From Eledone cirrhosa (Eukaryota): a stretch of DNA of 64,000 nucleotides. The stretch covers positions 68,014,001-68,078,000 of the forward strand of contig OZ024740.1 of NCBI GenBank assembly GCA_964016885.1. Direction: 5' to 3'. Position 1 is the first letter of the stretch. Every line of letters starts with the position of its first letter. Below are positions 52,079 through 64,000 of the stretch, in pieces. The translations under genes were made by a program, and so were the position numbers. Below the pieces are notes generated by a model. It was not told the origin of the DNA. It worked only from the letters and a program-made list of their open reading frames with translations, and searched no databases.

Positions 52079-52120
52079 TTGTCCTGTTGAGAACCATTTA
52101 AGTTCGAAATTTATAGACAG
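52079..52120 (+). ncRNA. Minimal hammerhead with one core substitution (CTGTTGA)
   Basis: TTGTC-CTGTTGA-GAAC-catttaa-GTTC-GAAA-TTTA-TA-GACAG. Other degenerate motifs at about 51405-51437 and 51950-51975. Confidence 0.55.
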
Positions 52121-52294
52121 TTAACCCCCTTGCTTCTGGTGGATTCCGCTGGACGGCCCTGGTCGTCAGCCTTCTATTCATAGCTGACTCTTTAATAATG
52201 TTTATTTAATAAACATAACGTGTATCTTTAGATATACGAAATTCACATGCATGTATGTGTACAGCAATGTCGAATCTGTATAAATACCTATATG

Positions 52295-52323
<29 letters not shown>

Positions 52324-52325
<2 letters not shown>

Positions 52326-52610
52326 AGAAAATATCAAGTCTGTTCAGACTTTTAGAGGGTTGGGGTCCACCAGGTTTTAATGTACCCTAGACACGCCGTA
52401 TGAGGGTGCTTCTACGACGCTACGCGGCATTATAGGAGCTTTTTTCTTATCCTTATACCCCACCCAATATATATATATATATATATGAGGGGGAGGGGGG
52501 TATAAGGCCGCGTAGCGTCGTAGAAGCACCCTCATATGGCGTGTCTAGGGTACATTAAACCTGGTGGACCCCAACCATCTAAAAGTCTGAACAGACTTGA
52601 TATTTTCTAT
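52324..52610. repeat. Inverted duplication associated with TA tracts
   Basis: Arms 52324-52434 and 52501-52610, with an inner mini-palindrome around (TA)n at about 52451-52508. Confidence 0.9.
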
Positions 52611-52619
52611 GAAGAAAGC

Positions 52620-52765
52620 ATCGACCACATTAATGGTATGTTTTTATCGACCTCGAAAGGATGGAAGGCAAAGTTGAGCAAGGTGGGATTTGAACTCAGA
52701 GCGCGCAATGAGGTAGGATGAATACCGTAAAGCATTCTATCCGACGTCTTAACGGCTCGGCCAAT
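52620..52765 (-). mobile_element. tRNA-derived SINE of the octopus type
   Basis: ttatcgacctcgaaaggatggaaggcaaagttgagc...ggatttgaactcagagc, same family as 8283-8468. Confidence 0.75.
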
Positions 52766-54059
52766 TACATATATATATTCTTGCTATCAGAGGCTGGCTA
52801 GGTAACAGTTCAGTTGTTTACAACGACGAGTGTTGCAGTTGATCGAATGAACTGAAAAGCCTATTAGTGAAATTAACGTGAAAATTGATGTTCCTTCAAC
52901 AGATACGTGCACCCTGAACGTAGTTCTCGGAGAGATTTTGTGTGAGACAATGTGTGACACATCTGACCCCTTGAACTACATGTACACCTCCTTTATGGCA
53001 ACTGAGTGGACATTACCAAAGTGAAATAAAGCAGCTTGCTGAAGGAAATTTCCATCGACACTGTCAGGGTATAGTACTAGGAAGACCGTGATTCGAACAC
53101 CGTAGCCATTAAACTACACACTCATCCCCCACCCCACCCCACCGCCACACACACACATAAACAAACACAGCTCTATAAATAAATATATGGCTAGATTGCC
53201 GACTGACAGAATGAGTGAAGCACTTTCAAATATGGCTGCTAACCCTGAAGAAAAATGATCAGCAGAGAGGGATTGTGGAATATAGCATGACTCAGAAATA
53301 ACCACACAGATAACATTTGCCGATTCCTGATACGATTTCTTCAGAAGGCCACTTGCCGTGTATTCACTGGCCCTCCATCTATTTCATGGATCAGTTACCA
53401 TGTTCACTTTTTCATGCTTTAAATAAATACTTTACTCACTGAGATTATCTGTGCTGACACAACAGCTTTCTTTTAAATTTACTACGTTTTTCTTTCTTTT
53501 TTTACTTTTTTGTGTCAGTGTGTGTGGGGTGGGTCTCTATATTTTGGTTGGCTGAGGATATGTGTGAATTTTTATTAATTTATTTGTTCACAGGAAAAAA
53601 ATTATAAGATTTCGAATTTGAGGAAAAGATACTCACACACACATCATGTACACTTTACTGGACACATTCATAAGCTCTTATACACATCCATATATTCACA
53701 AACATGAGATAAATATTTAATATACTGGTAGTTACATTTTTATACATTTACAGATAAATATATAATGAGACGTGTACATATATCAGTGTTGTTTTTACGG
53801 AGGTTTTGCACTGTTATAGGTACACACACAGGGGTACATGTCAAAACGGCCAGGACCAAATAACCACCCAAAATATTCCCTTAAATCAAAATCCCAACAA
53901 CTACAGGATGCAAACCCCACCTAGTAACACATAATAAATCGTGATGCCTATATAATTTTAGTATATTATAAGATAAATTAAATATCATGATGTTGGCAAT
54001 TAAAAACTATAGATTGTTTCGCCATAAGGTGATCTCTGGCTTAAGATAGGTTTAACGAC

Positions 54060-54480
54060 GTTTACTGCAAGGCTGGAATGAAAGTTAGTGCTCTGAAAAT
54101 TGAGACACTCGTTCTCTCAAAGAAGCCTGTGAAGTGCCATCTGCATGTGAATTGAGTTCCACTGAGGCAGGTATAGAAGTGCAATTATCTTGGGGCCGTG
54201 TTCACGAGTAATGGAAGGCAGGAGGCTGAATTAAATGAAAGAATTTCAGGAACTGGTGCAGTAATAACACCAGGTTCAGCATTCAGTAATCAGAAGTTTA
54301 AATGCCAAACACTCTATCTTCAATTCGGTATTCATGCCAGCCCTTCTCTATGGTCATGAATCTAGTGAACACAAGTGGCCGAAATGGGGTTCTTCCGAAG
54401 GGTCCTTTGAGTAACGTTACTGAATAGAACGCGTAGCTCAGAGATCAGAGAATTGTTCCAGTTCGAGCCGCTTGTTCGCA
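54060..54480 (+). mobile_element. RTE-clade LINE remnant (RT C-terminal part)
   Basis: CKAGMKVSALKIETLVLSKKPVKCHLHVN*VPLRQV*KCNYLGAVFTSNGRQEAELNERI, later IFNSVFMPALLYGHES and AEMGFFRRV. Confidence 0.8.
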
Positions 54481-54539
54481 GCTTTCCTAAGGCAAAACTA
54501 GCTCATGCAATTCTATTTAATATTTCATCATCTAAAGAA

Positions 54540-55900
54540 GCGCTAGAATTAATTTTATATCCTAGGTATGGGAAGGATTGCACATAATTCAGAGGCTTGT
54601 TATCACCAATAATTCGCTGTGATGCTGAACTACATTTGGACATATGTAGTGCCAAGCTTCTTCTTTAGATAGATATTGGTTTTAGTTAGTATATGATTCA
54701 TGTCTTTTTCCCACTTATTGTTAAACCAAACGCTTTCTCCACAGAAGAAAAGTGGTTTACAAATGTACTTCTCATAAAAAATAAGCATTTAAAACCGCAT
54801 CATTCACATTCAAGAAATCTAAAAGCATTTGCGTTCTAATGAGGGTCTTTGTCTTAAATCTTTGGTGATTTAAGAGCGAACATGATTTTCTAAATTCAAA
54901 GAAGACACCATTATTATAGTGTTTGAAAGGTTAATATAGCAGAAGCGAAAAATAAATAACAAACAAAACGGACAATTGTGCACCTTGCTTTGTCCCAAAA
55001 AGGATCTGATGAAGCACCATCTAATTTAATATAAGCCTGCATGTTTTAATGAAAGGATGTTATAATACTGAACATCTTATTAGGAATCACATTCCACTTA
55101 AGCACTGATTAAAAACCGTCACAATTGAATGAGTTAAAAGCCTTTGTTATTCAAAAGGCACTAAAGATACGTCACTACTCTTTCTGCAGCCCACCGCAAG
55201 TAATATAACATGTCTTCACTTCCTTTCGCAGCCCTGAAGCCACACTGGGACTCACGATATACATGATCTACTAGGTGAGTTATTCTCCTCTTGAGAACAA
55301 TTTTAACAATGGTCTTCCCGCTACAGAAAGCAGTGATGTACTCCGATAGATGTCACACAGTTTTTTTTTCCTATTTCGTTTAAAAAGATGGATGATAGAT
55401 GACTCTTTACATTCCCAAAGACATTCTTCCAAATCAAAATGAACACATCCAAAAGCTCATTCATATGTGTACACTTCAGCTGGTATTGTATCCTCACCAA
55501 GCGATGTTGGCTGATACCATTTGTTTCATAGCTGTTTTGACTGCGGCATATGTTGGTTCAGCGTCCAATTCATGGATTCCCGACCTTAAAAGAACATTGG
55601 ATCGATGATAAACGGATATTTTAAAACTGTTTCGAAGTGTTATTTCCTAGAATTTCACTTTAACTGTTAGCAAAGTACATCCATTCGATGATAATAACGG
55701 ATAGGACTCACATAGCTGAGGGACATAAATCGTTTTTATACCTTTATATCCTTTCTATCAGCAGCAGTTTGGAACCCGGCTGCTTTTGTTGTCAACTATT
55801 TGTCTTTGACCACTATTTGTCTTTCATTTTCGTCAAAGCCCGATGAACAGTTTGTTTACAGTTCATGTACCATTTCTATTTCGCTGAAGATTTTTTTGTT
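54540..55900 (-). mobile_element. Decayed RTE (BovB-like) LINE RT remnant
   Basis: Minus pieces: ELDAEPTYAAVKTAMKQM, GEDTIPAEVY, ESSIIHLFK, CDIYRSTSLLSVAGKTIVKIVL, RESQCGFRAAKGSEDM, GTKQGAQLSVLF. Many disruptions; boundaries approximate. Confidence 0.78.
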
Positions 55901-56138
55901 TTGCAGTCCATAAGTTATGAGTGAAATGTATTTATTCAATTACTGTATTTCTGTATTATTTTCATTGGATCAATCTTACTGGTTAGACTTGCTGAGCATC
56001 CATTATTGCACAGTACCAAATAAGGTTAGCAGTAGTATTTCCTATCTGTCACAGTTCCTGTTACCCCATCGTCAGTTGACTTTAGGCAAAATGAAAAATA
56101 TATACATGAACGTATATATATATATATATATATATATG

Positions 56139-56246
<108 letters not shown>

Positions 56247-56390
56247 AATAAAATAAAAAGGGAGTGATGCGTGTTTGCACATGGGTTACATAGGAATAAA
56301 ATTAGTCCTTCATCATTGATCTTCCAAACTTCATTGGAATAACGTATATATATATATATATATATACACACACATATATATATATATATA

Positions 56391-56464
<74 letters not shown>

Positions 56465-56694
56465 CTCACTCTTAGTACGGCACTTACTTAAATGTAAGTA
56501 TGTATGTATGTATATGTACATACATATATGTATAAAGACGTACAGTAGTATGTATATATATACTACCGTACGTCTGTATACATGTGTGCATGTATGTATA
56601 TATATACATACTATTGTACGTCTGTATACATATATGTATGTACGTATACATAGATACATACTTACTTTTATATATTTATATATATATATATTTA

Positions 56695-56750
<56 letters not shown>

Positions 56751-56752
56751 AC

Positions 56753-56853
56753 ATAGTAATAATAATAAATTTGAAGACTAAAATCCAAAGAGGTCTCGAT
56801 AAGGATAAATATATATCAAAATATATAAGAACCGTAGAGCAAATAATCTGTTA

Positions 56854-56862
<9 letters not shown>
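56753..56862. mobile_element. About 110-bp family-B remnant: complete tail + 15-nt opposite terminus
   Basis: 56753-56844 matches 16022-16110. It is followed by atctgttattttaat (same as 19139-19153) and (TA)n. Confidence 0.85.
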
Positions 56863-56887
<25 letters not shown>

Positions 56888-56891
<4 letters not shown>

Positions 56892-57662
56892 AAAACAAAG
56901 ATCCGAAGGCATGGTATAAAATTCCAATCATTTTAATGACGACACATGTTTCAATAAGAGATAGATCGATCGTGTAGCCATGACCGATTATCACTGATCT
57001 CTTCAGGTGAAAATGAATTGTCTCCAAATGTGGGACAAAATTAACAATGTTCACTCACATAGTTTAGTCCCCCATATGAAGATCAATCAGTCAAAACACG
57101 GCGACTGCTATTGTCTTCAGTCAGGGTCATAAAACTACCAAGTCTCTATCTCCCAATGTCTGTAAAAGACGCTGGACATCACTCAAATCTGTAGAATTAC
57201 AGTCGGTCACAGTTAATGTGAGTGGGTACACACACACTCACACACCGATGTGAAGTCAAAGAAAAAATATATAGATATACCAACATAGCATCAAATCTGT
57301 AAAACTATAGACGGTCACAGTTAGTGTGAGTGAGTACACACACACCGACGCGAGGTCAAAGGAAAAATATAAATATACCAAAATAGTATTCACCGAAAGT
57401 TAGTTTACAAAACAACAAATGGTATATTGGTCAAATCTCAATTTGACGATGTAAATTGGAAAAAGTGGGTCAACCGCAACCCTATACACACGATACGGAT
57501 GTGTATATTCCATAACATACACTATTTGGAGATACGGATGTTACAATTCAATCTATACACGTACAGCAGAACATTGAACTGAACTTACATGCGTGTGTAT
57601 AGGGTTGCGGTTGACCCAATTTTTCCAATTTACATCGTCAAATTCAGATTTGACCAATATAT
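56888..57662 (-). mobile_element. PLE 3' fragment with hammerhead motif and short inverted 5' segment
   Basis: Minus 56929-57015: CAC-CTGAAGA-GAT...ATCGGTC..GATCGAT...ATT-GAAACATGTGTC. Inverted arms 57424-57491 and 57592-57660. Internal direct repeat 57183-57290 / 57292-57385. Confidence 0.7.
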
Positions 57663-57664
57663 AT

Positions 57665-58417
57665 AGCCTTGTTTAATTGTTTTTTTATGTGGTTCATTAT
57701 GCCGATTGGGAGAGGAGATGATGTATATATTTTAGCAAATGATTCTATGGACATACTTTATTGTATATTGCTCTGATTGTTGATTATTTAATTAATTAAT
57801 TCCTCATTGAGCAACATCGTGAATGGTCGCAAAAAACACACATATATATCTATCTATGACTTTGTCTAGTTTGTGTATATGTAAATCTTTATATTTGATA
57901 ATCTCCCATATGGTTGAGATGCAATTTAGGCAGTATCTGGCTGCACTTTCTAGCAACAAACCCACTCGCCGTAAGGCACCAATCACATTCTTTCTGACTT
58001 GACCACTGCCACGTCACAGTTCTTAGTCATTTTGAATTCGTTTCTGGCGGGGATCATTTAAGAAATATCTTCGTCCAAGTGAGTTTGTTTCCTAATGATT
58101 TCCAAACTCCTGAATGTATCCTTGATCGGATATTTCCAAAATGCGAATGAAACATCATGGCATAGAAACATAATTTTGGTATGCTTATAGACATTTTTTC
58201 TTCTAACTTTGATTGGTTCTAATTGTGTATGGTTGACGATATATTTAATTGATTTCCACCTGCTATTAGAAATGCTGGGTAAATATTCTATAGTTGTTAA
58301 TCCCGAATAGATAGCTGTAGTTTATTTATCTATTATTTTTTCATAGTTGCCCTTTAATTCTATAGCGTTGTTTAATTGGTTTTTATGTGGTTGATTATGC
58401 TGATTGGGAGAGAACAC

Positions 58418-58494
<77 letters not shown>

Positions 58495-59097
58495 GACCTT
58501 GTCTAGTTTGTGTATATGTAAATCTTTATATTTGATAATGTCCCATATGGTTGAGATACAATTTAGGCAGTATTTCGCTGCGCTTTCTAGCAACAAACCC
58601 ACTCGCCGCGAGGCACCAATCACATTCTTTCTGACTTGACCACTGCCACGTCATAATTCTTAGCCATTTTGAATTCGTTTCTGGCGGGGATCATTTAAGA
58701 AAAAATCTTCGTCCAAGTGAGTTTGTTTCCTGATGATTCCGAAACTCGTGAATTTATTCTTGATCGGATATTTACAAAATGCGAATGAAGCATCATGGGG
58801 TAGAAACATAATTTTGGTATGTTTATATACATTTTTTCTTCTAACTTTGATTGGTTCTACTTGTGTATGGTTGACGATATATTTAATTGATTTCCACGTG
58901 GTATTATAAATGCTGGGTAAATATTCAATAGTTGTAGATCGCGAATAGAGAGCTGTAGTTTTTTGTATCCATTATATCTTCATAGGTGCCTTTTAATCTT
59001 ACAGCCTCGTTTAATTGTTTTTTTATGTGGTTGATTACACTGATTGGGAGAGGAGATGATGTATATATTTTAACAAATGATTCTATGGATATACTTT

Positions 59098-59103
<6 letters not shown>
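57665..59103. repeat. Tandem repeat of a roughly 650-700 bp unknown unit, about 2.1 copies
   Basis: gtttaattg.ttttatgtggtt.attat.c.gattgggaga starts at about 57671, 58370 and 59009. In copy 2 a segment is replaced by (TA)n at 58422-58492. Confidence 0.88.
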
Positions 59104-59193
<90 letters not shown>

Positions 59194-59196
59194 TAT

Positions 59197-59726
59197 ATAA
59201 TCAAGGTTTAGCAAGTAAGAAAAAGTTTCAAAATAAATTTAAAAAAATTAACTTTACTTACTATGGTTACCTTTACCGATTCGGTTTCGATTCTCAAAAA
59301 TAAGCGGTCCATACGGCCTTCGTTGCAAAGAAAGAATCTCGTCAGAAGGAACTTTTCATTCGAAGAATATAAATTCTCGAATTCAAATAAATTACGAACT
59401 GGCGTTATTCAAAATTGTTCCCGAGCTGAGAGTAAATGAAGTGGAATCAATTTTTTCAAGTGCCAAGTGTAAAGATAGAGGCAGAGGCAGGGAGGTCCGT
59501 CGGCTACCGCTATAACTAGCAGCAGTCAGAACGACCACATTTTTTCTCAACATAGAGGAGTAAGTAATAATAGAATAAAATATGTGTTCCTACACACACA
59601 AGGCGCTAAGGGACACATGTATTGTCCAACCATATGCCAATGTGGTTCAATGGCAGGTTAATAAATTAACGTGCCAGAACATATATAATCAAGGTTTAGC
59701 AAATAAGAAAAAGTTTCAAAATAAAG
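59197..59726 (-). mobile_element. Family-C PLE pseudo-LTR region with terminal direct repeat
   Basis: tataatcaaggtttagcaa.taagaaaaagtttcaaaataaa at 59196-59237 and 59684-59724. Hammerhead inside. TA tracts on both sides. Confidence 0.75.
59266..59352 (-). ncRNA. Complete canonical type I hammerhead ribozyme
   Basis: Minus: GTT-CCTT-CTGACGA-GATTCT-(loop)-AGAATC-GAAA-CCG-aat-CGG-TA-AAGG-t-AAC. G10.1-C11.1 pair, 4-bp stem III, GUA site with A17 at 59274. Confidence 0.85.
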
Positions 59727-60414
59727 ATATATATATATATATATGAAAGAAAACTATCATTTTCTATATTTAACGAAATGTATGACATTACTGTGGCAGA
59801 AATAAAATTCAAGTCAAGCATGGTCTCTGCTGTAGACATTAAAACATAATTATTTTTACCATAGGCAAAAGGCCAGCAATGGGTTGTATTTTAAGATGAT
59901 CGCGATAAAAAGTGTGGTTCTGAAATCCTTTGGATGGCCCACACAGTGACTTATGTGTAAGGGTAATGATTTGTGTGGAACCGTTCATACGTTATGGTGC
60001 TATTGATATGAACTATTATTTACAGTTTTACACACACACACACATAATATATAATTCTTTTTTCTAATTTTTAAAATGGGAAAAAATAAGTTTAAAGATG
60101 AAAAATTTAATTGAAAATATTAATATGTATACACGAAAAAATATATATAAAGTTTTATGAATATATATACACGTGTATACTCAATTGGATAGCTGTTGAC
60201 TCTCCTGAGTTCCCCCGCGCTTTATCTATCTTGCCGCTCGGTGTCCATACAAACTTAGTGGGATTGGTGATTTAGTCAGGGACGACCGAACCATGTGACA
60301 TTTCATGGGCTACATTTCACCAACAGCACTCGAAAGTGACATTCCACACACACTCACAAGTAACACACACATACATATACACTCACCACACATATATTTA
60401 TATATATATACATC

Positions 60415-61050
60415 TAATGTCCGGAAAAGTTTGAGGCACTACCATTGTCTACGGTCGCACCGTATTCGCCATAGTATGTAGAGACTAGAGCTACCATTCT
60501 ATTGTACACCGATTCGAGACAGATTTTCTCTAATAACCGATTTTTTCACTCACTTGTTAATTTGTGTTTGACTTGAGATATTTTGGTTGAGTCCTTATGG
60601 AGGGGCCGAAGTATAGAATCTCGACTCCTACCATCACGTAAATCTCTGAACCAGTGGTCAATCGGTTGACGCTATTTTGATGACACGTAGGGATATCAGT
60701 TACTAATGTACTACTGTGTAGCCTGTCGCATTTATTGCCATAGACGGCACGGACTGGAATCGAATTTTGTTTATCGATTGGTTATTGATTAGGCGAGACC
60801 TGCTGATGAAGCCACATGCACCGATCGTGCATTATTGCATAATAAATGCAGACAATAGATGTTCTGCGCTCCCTTGCTTCATTAAGTATGGCTGAAACTC
60901 GAGTACGATTTATAGTACCCTTGTACGTGTGTTTTCTTGAAGCAGGTAACTTTGTGTCTACTCTGGAATTTTTACATAACCTTACCTATTGAATACGATG
61001 AAATGCTACCTGTACTAGCACGGAAAGCTTATGTTAGTCCCGTCAACTTC
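60415..61050 (+). mobile_element. Probable PLE 3' UTR/pseudo-LTR fragment with long-stem-II hammerhead motif
   Basis: 60803-60905: CTGATGA-AGCCA...TGGCT-GAAAC-TCGA-GTA, palindromic stem III, weak stem I. 60418-60640 is homologous to about 21180-21400. Confidence 0.62.
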
Positions 61051-61052
61051 TT

Positions 61053-61083
<31 letters not shown>

Positions 61084-61124
61084 TTAGGGCGGGAACATTT
61101 CCCAAGATCCCTGGACAAGTAGTA

Positions 61125-61625
61125 CCCAGCGGTCTCTGACTTGCATCATCGCTGACATGTCCCACCTTCCCAGAGACCAGTGTCTGTCCTTAAAGCATTG
61201 ACGTGTTATTCTCGGTCTCCTTCATACAGTGTGTTAGTGTAAGGTCACACACAGGACCACTGAGTGAAGCGTCAAATCTGAATGTTGGGAAGTATGGCTA
61301 GTTAACTTCAGTCTCCTATGTGTTACTTTCAAGCTGACAGCTCTGAGATCTTCATCCTCTGTGCATACTGATTAATGTTCAGAGCCATCCTCAGCATCCT
61401 CGTGTCTCAGCCATCCACCATCTGAATGCGTCTCCTGGTCAATGTCCATGTATCAGACCCGTACAGCAGCACACATTCAAATGTAGCGATGAGGAGACGC
61501 TGACTTCCACAATGACCTCAAAATATGACACACCACCCATGCGTACCCAATCTTTGCTCCCAGATACAAGAACATCTTCAACCAGCTCTAGCGGCTTCCC
61601 GCCCACATTTATAAACCCTTCTGGC
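61125..61625 (-). mobile_element. Decayed RTE-clade LINE 3' remnant
   Basis: Minus pieces: VGGKPLELVED, YLGAKIG, RLLIATFECVLLYGSDTWTLTRRRIQMVDG*DTRMLRMALNI. Confidence 0.78.
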
Positions 61626-62094
61626 TCTTTGAATTTTCTAGATATTTCCTTTAATGTACTAGATATTTCGACTTAACTTTCATTCATTTTGAGCGCTACA
61701 CTCATCGACAAAATTTCGAACTCTTGCATCAACGTTTCTGTCTCTTGCACTGTGTTTGTAGATAGAATTATGATATATATAATCTGAAGAAAATTAACAA
61801 AAAGAGGACAAGACAACGAACGAAAAACAATTTCTTTAAGGAGAAACCTTAAAAGATTATTTTTCAAAGATAAAATACAAACGAAAGACACCGATTTCCA
61901 GTGGCATCGGCCGTTAAGATGGACTTTGGCTGTTCTACCTGATGTCAGCATCTGACAATCCTAAAAGGAGTCGAGTGGAGTAAGAGACGAGTGACAATTA
62001 CTTTACAGCAATTAATCTACAACAAGTACACAGAATGTTATGTGACGCCAGGGACAAATTGTGGTGTCTGTTACAGCACAAGAAGCGTGCTTAT

Positions 62095-62534
<440 letters not shown>

Positions 62535-63397
62535 GCATACACGCACGCTCACACATACACACAAACAAACACAACAACACACCCGGAGACATATTTACGT
62601 TTTGTAGACAAAAATTACGTAGCTCAAATTTTTTTTCGTTAAATCTATTACGCGAACTTATATCAAACGACATTCATTTTTGTCCGTTAAAATGTCTGTC
62701 TCTTTACGTCTTCACCGATAAACTAAACTTAACTACTGAAGTCTTCCTCAAACTTTTTCTATATTTAATGACAGACATATAAATATGTAATTGGATTTTG
62801 TCACTTGCTCTTTTATTAGATTGAGTTTAATGTTATAAAGCCGTTCTGAATATTAAGTTACATTTGGAATTTCATGCAGAGATTCCAATGACTTGATGAA
62901 AGAATATTTCAATTGGTCATATGAAATGATAGCGACCAAAGGTATTTTGTTTTATATTTATTACATTATTATTTCAATTTATTTTGTATTCAAATCATGT
63001 TATTTATTTATAATATATTTTACTTTTGATATATTCTATTTGTTCAGATATTCATTTATTGTTATACGATTAATTTCCACTTGCTTGCGTTTCAGAAACA
63101 TTACCGATATGCTTAAAGATGTTTAATGTGATACAATGATAATTATAGAAGGAACTAAAAAGTATATTCATTATAAAATCAAACGTGCTACAATCGTCAC
63201 TCCCCATTTCACTTTCTCTATCTGTCTGTCCCATTCTATTTCATACACGCACGCAGATACACGTATAGATAGACAATCTCACATGCATACATTTGCGGAG
63301 ACAGACAAAGAGTTGATTTACAATGTTCGGTTATATACACAAATTATATATGGATTAGAGACATACACGAACACGAAGTAATACATAAACCACCCCA

Positions 63398-63444
<47 letters not shown>

Positions 63445-63485
63445 ACATATACGTATATATATATGTATATATATGTATATATATG

Positions 63486-63751
<266 letters not shown>

Positions 63752-64000
63752 AATGTTACTTAACGGTAATAAAAGATCGTAAAATATATAAATACGTTGA
63801 GTATATAGAATAATTTGTCATTCAAATGACGAACAAATTTATCACTAATCGGGTGGTAAAAAATGTTAATCGGTCAAATGAATATATTATAATGACAGAT
63901 ATTTAACATGAATTAATCTGAATCCTGATGCAATTGAGCTGGCAAAATATCAGTCTTTGAAGGATAATGGCCGGCACTTTTTTTGTTGTCTTCCACTTTC

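Noticed and set aside
53114-53420. Possible exon or transposase remnant
   Set aside because: Stops in the plus frame, no convincing splice pair, and no recognisable motif.
57804-58623. Repeated short ORF MIGA(L/S)RRVGLLLESAA in the tandem unit
   Set aside because: No recognisable domain, non-ATG start, and surrounding frames are interrupted. Coding status is unsupported.

Overview
Repeat-saturated, AT-rich animal DNA with no complete host gene and no prokaryotic features. The tRNA-derived SINEs and the dense (TA)n/(CA)n/(GA)n tracts suggest an octopod cephalopod (inference). The window is dominated by 5'-truncated Penelope-like retroelements (PLEs) of many families: Neptune-like, Naiad-like and others, with RT and/or GIY-YIG remnants. 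Nearly all of them sit inside (TA)n microsatellites. Many have a fold-back layout: (TA)n, short inverted arm, truncated body, long arm plus a family-specific tail, (TA)n. Sizes run from about 3 kb down to about 40 bp. Their pseudo-LTRs carry roughly 20 recognisable hammerhead-ribozyme motifs, including complete ones, several with a very long stem II, and one family with a fixed CAGAAGA core. Several inverted duplications of non-PLE flanking DNA are centred on (TA)n. Also present: a near full-length decayed R4/Dong-type RLE LINE plus a tandem 3' fragment in (ATT)n, RTE and CR1/L2-group LINE remnants, an internally deleted Tigger/pogo DNA transposon, SINEs, local tandem duplications, and a few weak candidate host exons. 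All alignments, translations and RNA folds were done by eye; coordinates are approximate.
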